Shown here in pieces: positions 29,138-38,465 of a stretch of 64,000 nt of DNA; the first letter of the stretch is position 1, and every line of letters begins with the position of its first letter. The notes below the pieces were generated by a model. That model saw only the letters and a list, made by a program, of their open reading frames with translations, was not told where the DNA came from and searched no databases. The translations under genes were made by a program, and so were the position numbers. The stretch comes from Candidatus Magasanikiibacteriota bacterium. GTDB taxonomy: Bacteria; Patescibacteriota; Patescibacteriia; Magasanikbacterales; UBA922. The DNA is taken from contig JBPOJQ010000014.1 of assembly GCA_052033375.1 (NCBI GenBank), positions 342 through 64,341 on the forward strand, given 5' to 3'.

Positions 29138-29271
29138 AATAAATTATATTCCTCGAGTACATGGTCAAAAAAACAGGTAACCCATACATTTCATTGTCAC
29201 ATTTTAGTGTGATGGACATTGGTGTTTCCAAAAATCATGGTATTGTTTCAAAACGATTTATTAGATTAATA

Positions 29272-29306
29272 AAAACTCTTCTCCAATTTGGAGAAGAGTT
29301 TTGTAT
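29272..29306 (-). terminator. rho-independent terminator after rpsR
   Basis: AACTCTTCTCCAA-TTTGGAGAAGAGTT hairpin with flanking A/T tracts (U-run on minus strand). Confidence 0.6.
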
Positions 29307-29330
29307 AGTAATTTATATGTTGACTCGTGC

Positions 29331-29564
29331 TTATTTGGGAACAAATGCGAGTAGTCCAGCAATTCGTGCCTGCTTGATTGCTCGAGCAATCTGACGCTGG
29401 TGTTTTGCACAAAGTCCACTGCGACGACGAGGCTGGATCTTCATATATGAAGAGGTAAATCTTCGAAGTGCCTCGTTATCTTTGTAGTCAATAAATTTTT
29501 TTTTGTCGACACAGAAAAAGCATTGTTTTTGTTTTTTCTGATTTTGATTTTTCACTGGATTCAT
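29331..29564 (-). CDS. rpsR: 30S ribosomal protein S18
   Basis: …CFFCVDKKKFIDYKDNEALRRFTSSYMKIQPRRRSGLCAKHQRQIARAIKQARIAGLL… canonical S18. Confidence 0.9.
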   Translation of the reverse strand: MNPVKNQNQKKQKQCFFCVDKKKFIDYKDNEALRRFTSSYMKIQPRRRSGLCAKHQRQIARAIKQARIAGLLAFVPK

Positions 29565-29579
29565 ACGTTACTTCATGAA

Positions 29580-30020
29580 TTAAAACGGTATATCTTCTAC
29601 TTTTATCTCATCATCTGGAGCACTTGATGGAGCTGGTGGGCGTTCATCGTCTTTTCCTCCCCCAAATGATTCTCCCTGAGCTGAAGCACCTCGTGGCGCG
29701 TCAAGCATGATTAAATTTTCAGCAATTATCTCTGTCCGGTATCTTTTTACCCCATCCTGTCCAGTCCAATCTCTGGTCTCAAGACGTCCTTCGATATATA
29801 CTCGGCGACCCTTTCCTAGATATTGTCCTGCAATATCTGCCAACTTACCCCACAACACCACATTATGATATTCTGGGCGTTCTTGACGGGTACCAGAGGC
29901 ATCTTTCCACACTCGGCTTGTTGCAACACCGATATTTGCGACACTTTGTCCAGAAGGTGTACTTCTGACTTCGGGATCCCGGGTAAGACGCCCGAGGATC
30001 ATAGCTCGATTCAGGTCCAT
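29580..30020 (-). CDS. ssb: single-stranded DNA-binding protein
   Basis: MDLNRAMILGRLTRDPEVRSTPSGQSVANIGVATSRVWKD…NVVLWGKLADIAGQYLGKGRRVYIEGRLETRDW… OB-fold; acidic C-terminal tail …DDEIKVEDIPF. Confidence 0.9.
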   Translation of the reverse strand: MDLNRAMILGRLTRDPEVRSTPSGQSVANIGVATSRVWKDASGTRQERPEYHNVVLWGKLADIAGQYLGKGRRVYIEGRLETRDWTGQDGVKRYRTEIIAENLIMLDAPRGASAQGESFGGGKDDERPPAPSSAPDDEIKVEDIPF

Positions 30021-30089
30021 AGAGAAATGAGTTAGTAATAAGTGCCGAACCCTCCTTGGTTTAGGGAACGACGATAGGACTTGCTCCTA

Positions 30090-30608
30090 TTATACCTTAT
30101 CAATATCTTTCTGCAATATCTCATCGAGCTTGTCATCGATATTCTCTAGATTGAGAGAAGGTTCTACTACAATTTTTTCTTTTTGCTCCTCTGGGACCAC
30201 CTCTACCCGCTCTTTCTGCTCTCTTCGAGAGTCAGTACGTCCAGATCGTGTCGGCGCATCTGCTTTTTGTGGTGCGCTCAGCGCAGTAGGATCCTGTGCA
30301 AGAGTGATGGTTCCTTTCTGCTTTGGGTTATGCACCTGAATTCCTACTCTGAGGATATTACCAAGAAGTCTGATGCTCTGTTCAAGAGCAGCGACTTTTT
30401 CTGGAAGCACCTGAGCAGTAAAAAACTCGAAATACCCGTATCGAATATGCTTCATTGGATACGCAAGTCTACTTTTACCCAAATCAGTCTTTTGAATTTC
30501 CTCAGCCCCATATGCTTTGAGCTGACTTTCGATCTGTGCGGCAATCGGAGCCACCTCATCTTCAGCGAGGGTGCCCGGGAGTACACACAATATCTCGTAC
30601 TTTTTCAT
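30090..30608 (-). CDS. rpsF: 30S ribosomal protein S6 (with C-terminal acidic extension)
   Basis: MKKYEILCVLPGTLAEDEV…KSRLAYPMKHIRYGYFEFFTAQV… canonical S6; rpsF-ssb-rpsR operon order. Confidence 0.9.
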   Translation of the reverse strand: MKKYEILCVLPGTLAEDEVAPIAAQIESQLKAYGAEEIQKTDLGKSRLAYPMKHIRYGYFEFFTAQVLPEKVAALEQSIRLLGNILRVGIQVHNPKQKGTITLAQDPTALSAPQKADAPTRSGRTDSRREQKERVEVVPEEQKEKIVVEPSLNLENIDDKLDEILQKDIDKV

Positions 30609-30947
30609 AACAATAACCTTTCAAAAATACACGTTAAATTAATTTAGATACTTTTAACACCAATTTAACTACATATTTAAATCATTTTTTATGCACCAAT
30701 CATCAGATTCATGCATATGAATGAAATAGCCTGATATTCCAGACATCTTATATGTAATAAACGACCGCGCGTACTATAGCAGTAGATTAACTGTTTGTCA
30801 ATAAGCAACAATACTACTATATGCATTAATTTTTACAGAAAATACAGTGCCGTTGCCTTGTCCTGTTGCCATTCAAAATACCTATACCCTTATCATTTTT
30901 TCAATACCTTTCATGACTGTCTATTATTTTTCCACCGCATCCCATTA

Positions 30948-30958
30948 TGTGATATACT
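30948..30958 (+). promoter_or_regulatory. candidate extended -10 promoter element for pilB
   Basis: TGaTATACT ~35 nt upstream of pilB ATG in AT-rich divergent intergenic region. Confidence 0.3.
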
Positions 30959-30993
30959 ATGATTTGATTATTTGAGTATCCACTCACTTTCTT

Positions 30994-32709
30994 ATGCTAC
31001 CTTTGGAAGAATTTAAAAAACTTCTTATCAAGAAATTTAAGCTTACGGCTTCTCAAATTACTACCTATCTTGAAGATGCCCAAAATCGTGGTAAGGACAT
31101 GGAGACACACTTACTTGAAAAAGGCATTATCAAAGAAGATGCCCTCTATGAGGCTATTGCCGAAGAATATGGACTGCCCCGTATTTCCCTCAAAGGGCGC
31201 GATATCCCACTCGAAACACTTCATGAGTTGCCCGAAGCTTTTGCCGAAGCACATCATATTTTGGCATTTGAAAGTTCTCCCACATCACTAAAAATCGCAC
31301 TTACTGACCCCACAGATGTACAGACAATAGAATTCATACGACGAAAAAGTAGGAAAGATTTGGAAATCTTTATCACTCCCCCTCGTGAAACCAAGGAAGC
31401 ATTGCGCCGATATCGCTCAGACTTAAAACAAGAATTGAGCCAGCCACTCGCCCATTCTGACCCAACCGACTTAAAAAAAGCTGCAGAAGAATTACCCATT
31501 ATTAATATTGTCAACTCAATTCTCGAACATTCAGTATTTGAAAATTCGAGTGATATTCATATTGAACCTACCGAGCTTGATGTGGTTGTCAGATTCCGCA
31601 TTGATGGAATATTGCGCGAAATGATGCATCTTCCAAAAACTGTCCAAAGCGGAATTGTCGCGAGAATAAAAATTCTTTCAAATCTCAAAATTGATGAACA
31701 CATGATTCCTCAGGATGGAAGATTTAAAATTTCAGTGCAGGGAGAAACACTCTCATTCCGTGTTTCAATTATTCCCGTATATGACGGAGAAAAGATCGTC
31801 ATGCGTTTATTACACGAAGGGCAGAAACCTTTAACACTTGATGAACTTGGCTTTTTGCCCGGAATCAAAGAGTTGGTCAACGATGCGATTGAGAAGCCAC
31901 ATGGTATGGTTTTGGTAACTGGTCCTACTGGATCAGGAAAAACCACGACGCTCTACTCAGTATTAGGCATGCTGAATCAACCAGATGTGAACATCTGCAC
32001 CATCGAAGATCCAATTGAATATCATGTGAGTGGTATCAACCAAAGTCAGATTAATCCAAAAGCCGGTTTTACTTTTGCGTCAGGCCTCCGTTCCTTTCTG
32101 CGACAAGATCCAGATATTATTATGGTTGGAGAAATCCGCGACAAAGAGACTGCCGAAATTGCGATTCATGCTGCAATGACTGGACACTTAGTACTCTCGA
32201 CCTTGCACACCAATGATGCACCTACTACTATCCCTCGACTTCTCGATATGGATATTCCACCATTCTTGGTTGCTTTTACTGCAAATATCATCATTGCACA
32301 ACGACTGGTCAGAAAAATCTGTCCACATTGTAAGGAATCATTCAAGCTGACTGCAAAAGAAATAAAACAACTCCATTCCCTGATTGATAAATCAAAAATA
32401 ACAGCATTATTCAAAGAATATAAAGTATCGTTGTCTGCAAAGGAAAAAAGTCTAGAGTCACTGACGTTCTACCGAGGTAAGGGTTGTAAAAAATGTGAAA
32501 ATTCTGGGTACAAAGGCCGTATTGGAATTTATGAAGTCCTCGTTGTAGATGAAGACTTACAAAAAATTATCAATGCAAAGGCAACCGCTGCAGACATAAA
32601 AGTACATGCAATCAAACGTGGCATGTTGACCTTATTCCAAGATGGTTTAATCAAGGCAAAGCAAGGTGTAACCACCATTGAAGAGGTGCTCCGTGCTACC
32701 AAAGATTAA
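30994..32709 (+). CDS. pilB: type IV pilus assembly ATPase PilB (GspE family)
   Basis: N-terminal GSPII_E_N-like domain; Walker A VLVTGPTGSGKTTTLYS; Asp/His boxes; C-terminal tetra-Cys (CPHC…CKKC). Confidence 0.9.
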   Translation: MLPLEEFKKLLIKKFKLTASQITTYLEDAQNRGKDMETHLLEKGIIKEDALYEAIAEEYGLPRISLKGRDIPLETLHELPEAFAEAHHILAFESSPTSLKIALTDPTDVQTIEFIRRKSRKDLEIFITPPRETKEALRRYRSDLKQELSQPLAHSDPTDLKKAAEELPIINIVNSILEHSVFENSSDIHIEPTELDVVVRFRIDGILREMMHLPKTVQSGIVARIKILSNLKIDEHMIPQDGRFKISVQGETLSFRVSIIPVYDGEKIVMRLLHEGQKPLTLDELGFLPGIKELVNDAIEKPHGMVLVTGPTGSGKTTTLYSVLGMLNQPDVNICTIEDPIEYHVSGINQSQINPKAGFTFASGLRSFLRQDPDIIMVGEIRDKETAEIAIHAAMTGHLVLSTLHTNDAPTTIPRLLDMDIPPFLVAFTANIIIAQRLVRKICPHCKESFKLTAKEIKQLHSLIDKSKITALFKEYKVSLSAKEKSLESLTFYRGKGCKKCENSGYKGRIGIYEVLVVDEDLQKIINAKATAADIKVHAIKRGMLTLFQDGLIKAKQGVTTIEEVLRATKD

Positions 32710-32713
32710 TGGT

Positions 32714-33838
32714 ATGAAAACTCCTACAATATTTAGTTCGCCACAATCAAAAGAAACTCCGCACACGCACCGTCTTTTCAATCCAGAACGCGTACGCATT
32801 CCTATGGTTGATCGAATTTTTTTTCTTGACCACCTAAAAACCATGATACATGCCGGTCTTTCTCTCATAGAGGCGCTGCACGTACTCGCAAAAGAGGCAC
32901 AAAATAAAAAACTTACGCACATCGTCCAAGAAATCACTGACCACGTAGAAAAAGGAAATCAATTAAGTGATAGTTTGAAACTATACCCAAAAATTTTTCC
33001 TGACTTACAAACAAAAATGATCGCCTCAGGAGAAATTGCGGGGAAACTCGAAGATTCTCTCGATCAAGTGGTTGTGCAAATGAAAAAAAATCACGCACTT
33101 GTCTCCAGTGTCAAAGGCGCACTCATCTACCCCTCAGTAATTGTCGGTGCGATCATGGTTATCGGTGTACTGATGGTAACCCTTGTACTCCCAAAACTCA
33201 CTTCGATGTTTGATGAATTTGACGCAGAACTCCCTCTTCCGACTAAGATACTTATTGGTGTTACAGACTTTTTGTCACAGCCGCTGAACTTAATCTCAGT
33301 TTTTGCGGTATTTTTTCTTTTAATCGCACTTTTTATCGTCATGCTGAAAAAAAATACCTCCTTCAAACATGCTATTCACGGGATTATTCTCCACCTACCG
33401 ATATTTGGTCCCATTATTAAAAAAGTTAACCTCGCACGATTTTCTATAACCCTCTCCTCGTTACTCAAGAGTACTATTCCAATTGTAGACGCAGTACGTA
33501 TTGCTGGAGAAACTTGCAAAAATGTTCGCTATAAAAATGCGCTACTCAGCGCAACTGACAGTCTCTCAAAAGGAGAACAGCTCTCTGAGATTCTCTCTGA
33601 ACACTCGAAATTATTTCCTCCTATGGTTACCGAGATGATAATGGTTGGAGAAAAAACAGGTGAAATTGACCACTTACTACAAGAACTTTCGTCTTTCTAT
33701 TCTGATGAAGTTGATAAAACAATGAAAAATTTTTCAACAATTATTGAACCAGTTATTATTATATTGCTCGGCCTTGGCGTTGCAGGTATAGCGGTTTCAA
33801 TCATTATGCCGATGTACTCACTTACTCAAGCTTTCTAA
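32714..33838 (+). CDS. pilC: type IV pilus platform protein PilC (GspF family)
   Basis: Two GspF repeats with TM segments (…LSLIEALHVLAKE…, …ITLSSLLKSTIPIVDAVRIAGE…); ORF track start 32678 overlaps pilB, ATG at 32714 follows pilB stop. Confidence 0.85.
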   Translation: MKTPTIFSSPQSKETPHTHRLFNPERVRIPMVDRIFFLDHLKTMIHAGLSLIEALHVLAKEAQNKKLTHIVQEITDHVEKGNQLSDSLKLYPKIFPDLQTKMIASGEIAGKLEDSLDQVVVQMKKNHALVSSVKGALIYPSVIVGAIMVIGVLMVTLVLPKLTSMFDEFDAELPLPTKILIGVTDFLSQPLNLISVFAVFFLLIALFIVMLKKNTSFKHAIHGIILHLPIFGPIIKKVNLARFSITLSSLLKSTIPIVDAVRIAGETCKNVRYKNALLSATDSLSKGEQLSEILSEHSKLFPPMVTEMIMVGEKTGEIDHLLQELSSFYSDEVDKTMKNFSTIIEPVIIILLGLGVAGIAVSIIMPMYSLTQAF

Positions 33839-33846
33839 ATACTCTC

Positions 33847-34953
33847 ATGCTTACTCATCCGTTTCCCCATGCATTTGGTATCGATATTGGAGACCGTTCG
33901 GTAAAACTGGTCCAACTTAAGAATCGAGAAAAATTAAGAAGCACCACATTCCACCCTACCGCTATGCGTGCCTGTCAATTAGAGCCTGGTCTGGTCGTCA
34001 ATGGCATTATCGAACAACCTGAATTGGTAAGAAAAAAAATTGAAAAACTCCTCAAAGGAGAAGGCAAGGGTGAACGCCCTATCAAAAGCCCATGGGTTGT
34101 AGCTTCTGTTCCTGAAAATCACAGCTTCCTCAAACTGATTTCCATACCTGCAAGTAGCGCTTCAGTTACCGAGTCACCTGACATACTCAATCTTATCTCG
34201 ACGTATCTTCCTGTGGACGATCTCTCTACATATGCGCTTGATTGGCATGTGGTGCAGCCCAAAGATAGTGATACCGAAATACGTATACTTGTTGGAGCCA
34301 TTCCAAAGCGAATTGGGGATAGCTACACCTACCTACTCGAAAGTCTAGGACTGGGTGTGATGGCACTTGAAATCGAAGAAGTGGCAATCGCTCGTTCGAT
34401 GGTCACTGCACACAAAGAATACCATGATGAAGCGCGTGCCATCATCGATATCGGATCAACCCGAACACAGGTCATTATATATGATCGAGATGTTATCCAA
34501 TTCAGTACAGTACTCCCTTTTTCCGGAGAGCTTCTCACCCGAGCAATCATGGAATCCCAAAAAATAGATGAAGCGGCTGCAGAAAAAATAAAACGGGAAG
34601 TCGGACTAGAAATCCCCAAGGGTAAAAAAAATAATTCTGCGCTTCTGAAATTAGTCACCGAATTTTCACATGCTCTGGAACACACTTTCTCTTCATATTA
34701 TGGACACAATTCAAATGCTCATCGTATCACCCGTATCGTACTCTGCGGTGGCACATGCAACTTATTACACCTAGACACAGTCTTGCACGAAGCATTGGGA
34801 ATCGAGTGCGTACGCGGTAACGTATGGAAAAATCTTGGTATTGACCCAAAACATGCACCTGCTGACAACACTATTGCACTTTCCTATGCGACAGCAATCG
34901 GTCTCGCACTTCGTGCAGCAGATAATCCTTTTAGTACACGTGATACTATCTAA
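33847..34953 (+). CDS. pilM: type IV pilus assembly protein PilM (actin-like ATPase)
   Basis: …FGIDIGDRSVKLVQL… N-terminal actin-fold phosphate-1 motif; 368 aa; pilB-pilC-pilM-pilN-pilO order. Confidence 0.8.
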   Translation: MLTHPFPHAFGIDIGDRSVKLVQLKNREKLRSTTFHPTAMRACQLEPGLVVNGIIEQPELVRKKIEKLLKGEGKGERPIKSPWVVASVPENHSFLKLISIPASSASVTESPDILNLISTYLPVDDLSTYALDWHVVQPKDSDTEIRILVGAIPKRIGDSYTYLLESLGLGVMALEIEEVAIARSMVTAHKEYHDEARAIIDIGSTRTQVIIYDRDVIQFSTVLPFSGELLTRAIMESQKIDEAAAEKIKREVGLEIPKGKKNNSALLKLVTEFSHALEHTFSSYYGHNSNAHRITRIVLCGGTCNLLHLDTVLHEALGIECVRGNVWKNLGIDPKHAPADNTIALSYATAIGLALRAADNPFSTRDTI

Positions 34954-34958
34954 ATTGT

Positions 34959-35489
34959 ATGATGTTTCCTGTCCGAATTAATGTTTTGTCTGATTCAAAA
35001 AAAGCACATCTCAAACGACTTGCGCTTTTTACCTATCTCAAAAGTTCATGTGCACTTATTTTTTCTCTTATCGCCGTGCTTGCAGCAGTATTACTGATTG
35101 CAGAAAGTTTTTTTATCAATTATCGTGCCGCACTCACCTACGGAGTTCTCTCAGGAAGACGATCATACCTCAGTGATATCCAGCGCATACAAGCTACCAA
35201 TCAACAACTGAAAAAAATTGACGCTATCCAAACAGAATTTACCCTCTGGTCACCTCGTGTACACACCATTCTTGCTGCGCTTCCTCCAGGAATTGAGCTC
35301 AGCTCAATAATACTCGATTCTGAGACAAAGTCTCTTTCTCTTGCAGGTAGCGCACTCACCCGAGAAGTTCTTGGCGAATGTGAAAAAGCAATCAAATCTC
35401 TCCCCCTTCTTGAGTCAGTCGAAATTCCACTTGGGGAGCTTACCCAAAAAGAACATATTCCTTTTACCCTACGAGCAACTTTGAAATAA
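34959..35489 (+). CDS. pilN: PilN-like bitopic membrane protein
   Basis: 176 aa; single N-terminal TM helix then periplasmic domain; position immediately after pilM. Confidence 0.5.
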   Translation: MMFPVRINVLSDSKKAHLKRLALFTYLKSSCALIFSLIAVLAAVLLIAESFFINYRAALTYGVLSGRRSYLSDIQRIQATNQQLKKIDAIQTEFTLWSPRVHTILAALPPGIELSSIILDSETKSLSLAGSALTREVLGECEKAIKSLPLLESVEIPLGELTQKEHIPFTLRATLK

Positions 35490-35490
35490 T

Positions 35491-36051
35491 ATGAGATTTA
35501 CGATCACACACAAGCTTATTGTCACCATCATTTTTTTCGTCTCGGCTGGTATTGGAATTATATTTGGTTTTATCATTCCTTCTCTACAATCAATCACCCA
35601 GACTACCGAAGCCATGGTAGCGCAGGTAAGCGCTGATAATGATGAGCTCGATCGTGTACGATTGCTCCGCCGCTCATTGATTGCAATAGACGAAACCGAA
35701 ACCAAGCTATCGCAAACAACCGGAATTTCAATAACCCGATCAGAAGAAGAACAGATAATTGAGTTAATTGAATTTATTGCGGATCAAAATGGTGTGGAGC
35801 AAAAATTATCTGTTTCGTATCTACCCCACCAAGATACTACCCAATTTGCAGGACGATACCTCTTCACTTTCTCAACTCAAGGAACCCTTGAACGAATTGA
35901 AAAATACCTCGTCGATCTCGAATCAATCCCCTATTATCTAAGTATCAAACGATTGACCCTTGAAAAAAGTTCAAAAGTGGGAGACAATCTGGTTACCCTC
36001 AATTTTAGTGCGACCCTTAATACCACCAGCGAGCCATCCTATGTCGACTAA
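35491..36051 (+). CDS. pilO: PilO-like bitopic membrane protein
   Basis: 186 aa; N-terminal TM helix, coiled-coil segment then periplasmic domain; operon position. Confidence 0.5.
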   Translation: MRFTITHKLIVTIIFFVSAGIGIIFGFIIPSLQSITQTTEAMVAQVSADNDELDRVRLLRRSLIAIDETETKLSQTTGISITRSEEEQIIELIEFIADQNGVEQKLSVSYLPHQDTTQFAGRYLFTFSTQGTLERIEKYLVDLESIPYYLSIKRLTLEKSSKVGDNLVTLNFSATLNTTSEPSYVD

Positions 36052-36430
36052 TACACCAAAACGTATCCACAATCCAATACCCCCCGAATTTGCCAATGTT
36101 TCAATACTCCGGTTAATCACTGTTTTTGTTGCGTGTATTAGTTTACTTGGCACGGGATACACCACTTGGTTGGTATATTCTATGTCCAATCGGATTTCTG
36201 GATATGAAGTTTCAAAACAATTTGAGATGGTTTCAAAAAAAGCTGGACCTATCAATTTCACTCTTTTGGAAAAAGTGTTGAATGTGGATAGTGAAAAACA
36301 ACGTTTGACATTCATTCCCCCAACTCACGATCCATTCTATAATCGACCCGTAACCACCACCGTTAGTAGTATTCCTACGGTTTCTTCTACCATTAGTGTC
36401 GCGGTATCTTCTTCAACCACCAGTTTATGA
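36041..36430 (+). CDS. hypothetical bitopic membrane protein with Ser/Thr-rich tail (pilus-operon associated)
   Basis: Start at ATG 36041 (ORF track 35960 overlaps pilO); one TM helix; C-terminal TTTVSSIPTVSSTISVAVSSSTTSL. Confidence 0.35.
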   Translation: MSTNTPKRIHNPIPPEFANVSILRLITVFVACISLLGTGYTTWLVYSMSNRISGYEVSKQFEMVSKKAGPINFTLLEKVLNVDSEKQRLTFIPPTHDPFYNRPVTTTVSSIPTVSSTISVAVSSSTTSL

Positions 36431-37551
36431 CATATGCATTTGAACTCGGGCATCAGCCACACCTGTCAGTAGCTGAAATTATTTCTGTATGTAATCGCTT
36501 ATCCATCTCATACCATTCCGTAACAACCATCGGTTCTTTTTTTGTTATTGAAACGGAAAAACCTCTCGATACCCAGCTCCTCATTCACACATTGGGCGGT
36601 ACGATTCGAATTGCCCAGCACATCGAAACAACAGGTACCGATCTCACGACCATCACACAGCATCTTGAACATACCACCGAAGGAAAAATTCAATTTTCAC
36701 TATCCGGCCCCAATTCCAAATCCCTCGCACTTGAAGTAAAAAAATATTTGAAATCCAACGGGCGTTCAGTCCGATATATTGAATCAAAAAATACAGCTAC
36801 AGTAATTCATAATCATCTAATTGAAAAAAGGGGAGAAATACTGAGCGTTGGGAACGAATGGTATGTGACTGAAGCAATCCAGGATATTGAGTCATTTACC
36901 AAACGTGATTATGACCGTCCGCGGACTGATAGCAGAAGTGGCATGCTCCCACCCAAACTTGCACGAATAATGATAAACCTTGCCGAAGTGCCGACTACGT
37001 CTCACATTCTTGATCCATTTTGCGGATCGGGCACTATTTTGACTGAAGCGTTGTCTCTCGGATATACCCATGTATCTGGATCAGACAATTCAGAGAAGGC
37101 GGTGGAAGATTCAACAGCAAACGTGGGTTGGTTTTTGAAAGAAAAACCACATGACAACGTGCGCACTGCAATCCATCTTGCCTCTGCAACCAAACTAGAA
37201 AATGTACTTAAAAAAGAACGTGTTGATGCAATTATTTCCGAACCATACATGGGAAAGCCGCTGCGCGGACACGAGAGTATTGTTGCTCTTGCTTCTCAGG
37301 CAGCTGAATTAAAAGAGTTATATATCAAAAGTTTTGAATCATTTAAAAAAATACTTTCCCCGACTGGAGTTATCATTTTTATCATTCCTATATTCAAGGC
37401 TGGCACAGAATGGGTGAGAACTAACGCGCAGAGTGAAATCGAAAAACGCGGATTCACCATTATTCCTTTTTCAGAAAAAAATACATCCCTCCTTTATTCA
37501 AGGGATAATCAATTTGTCGGTCGAGAAATCTGGAAATTCAAAAAAACTTGA
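36427..37551 (+). CDS. class I SAM-dependent methyltransferase (UPF0020/Trm11-like, probable RNA or DNA m6A/m2G methylase)
   Basis: …RSGMLPPKLARIMINLAEV…ILDPFCGSGTILTEAL… motif I and …ISEPYMGKPL… (DPPY/NPPY-like motif IV). Confidence 0.65.
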   Translation: MTYAFELGHQPHLSVAEIISVCNRLSISYHSVTTIGSFFVIETEKPLDTQLLIHTLGGTIRIAQHIETTGTDLTTITQHLEHTTEGKIQFSLSGPNSKSLALEVKKYLKSNGRSVRYIESKNTATVIHNHLIEKRGEILSVGNEWYVTEAIQDIESFTKRDYDRPRTDSRSGMLPPKLARIMINLAEVPTTSHILDPFCGSGTILTEALSLGYTHVSGSDNSEKAVEDSTANVGWFLKEKPHDNVRTAIHLASATKLENVLKKERVDAIISEPYMGKPLRGHESIVALASQAAELKELYIKSFESFKKILSPTGVIIFIIPIFKAGTEWVRTNAQSEIEKRGFTIIPFSEKNTSLLYSRDNQFVGREIWKFKKT

Positions 37552-37964
37552 CACCCGCTTCTGTTTCTGGGATTAATAAGTATCAGTGTTCCTACCCACA
37601 ACCCATGAGGTCCACCATGGTCGTACACATTCAGAATGCTCAGAAGAGACTCGCACGCCTCCGAAATACAACTCTCATCGGCGTGATCCTGATAGTGCTC
37701 GTGTTCGGCGGATTACTGATCGCGAGTGTCCGTCACACCCTCGCCGTCGCGAGTGAACTCGACCGACGCCCCGCAATCGGGTACACCGTGTATCGAAGTG
37801 AGAACACCATCATGATCATGAACGTGGACCTCGCCGAGGTCTACTGGTTCACCGACTGCCCGCATCTGGAAGATTATACGAGATACGAAGAAGTCGCCAT
37901 CTATGGTGATCACGAGAACCACTGTCGTGATTGGTATCCTCTCCGCGGGGTTTTGAGGAAGTGA
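37548..37964 (+). CDS. hypothetical membrane protein on a GC-rich islet
   Basis: ORF with strong G/C third-position bias unlike neighbours; TM helix (LIGVILIVLVFGGLLIA) then small Cys/His-containing domain; likely start MRSTMVV ~37605. Confidence 0.4.
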   Translation: MTPASVSGINKYQCSYPQPMRSTMVVHIQNAQKRLARLRNTTLIGVILIVLVFGGLLIASVRHTLAVASELDRRPAIGYTVYRSENTIMIMNVDLAEVYWFTDCPHLEDYTRYEEVAIYGDHENHCRDWYPLRGVLRK

Positions 37965-38019
37965 AGTCCACCCATCTGGCATGTCGCGGTCGACACACAA
38001 CCTACGAGCGAACACTACC

Positions 38020-38085
38020 ATTCACCGCCAACATGCCTTTGTTGGGCCGAAATACTTCGGAGCAGCAAAGGAGGTGTTGACGGTG
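38020..38085 (+). terminator. structured terminator after GC-rich gene
   Basis: CACCGCCAACA…TGTTGACGGTG long stem enclosing two small hairpins, followed by TTTTGTTTAT. Confidence 0.45.
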
Positions 38086-38091
38086 TTTTGT

Positions 38092-38313
38092 TTATAGAGT
38101 TACTTCAACAATTTTCTTCTTTCCTGTTTTTCCTTTGAGGAGTGAAATATTTGATTTTGCAACACTAAAATACTCACTTAAAATTTTAATAAGTTGCTCA
38201 TTTGCCTCCCCATCGACTGGTGATGCAGTGAGACGAATTTGATACTCAGTATCTGAAATTTTCATGACTTCGTTTTTTGATGAACGCGGTTTTACAGTAA
38301 TAGTGAGGCGCAT
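38092..38313 (-). CDS. DUF167/YggU-family protein (UPF0235)
   Basis: 73 aa; …LTASPVDGEANEQLIKILSEYFSVAKSNISLLKGKTGKKK… matches the YggU signature. Confidence 0.7.
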   Translation of the reverse strand: MRLTITVKPRSSKNEVMKISDTEYQIRLTASPVDGEANEQLIKILSEYFSVAKSNISLLKGKTGKKKIVEVTL

Positions 38314-38317
38314 ATAA

Positions 38318-38440
38318 ATTCTAAATCCGTGCCTATCTGTCAGATCCGTTAAATCCGTGTTCTATTCTATAACTTTCGCTAAATGGAACACGGATGACAC
38401 GGATTGAACGGATTAACACGGATTTAATTAAATTCTTTTT
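38318..38440. promoter_or_regulatory. array of AATCCGTG / CACGGATT motifs (candidate operator/iteron region)
   Basis: Two direct AAATCCGTG copies and three inverted (A)CACGGAT(T) copies plus GATCCGTTA/GAACGGATT within ~120 bp immediately upstream of the DUF167 gene. Confidence 0.3.
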
Positions 38441-38465
38441 TATGTAAATTTTCTCAACCAGATAA

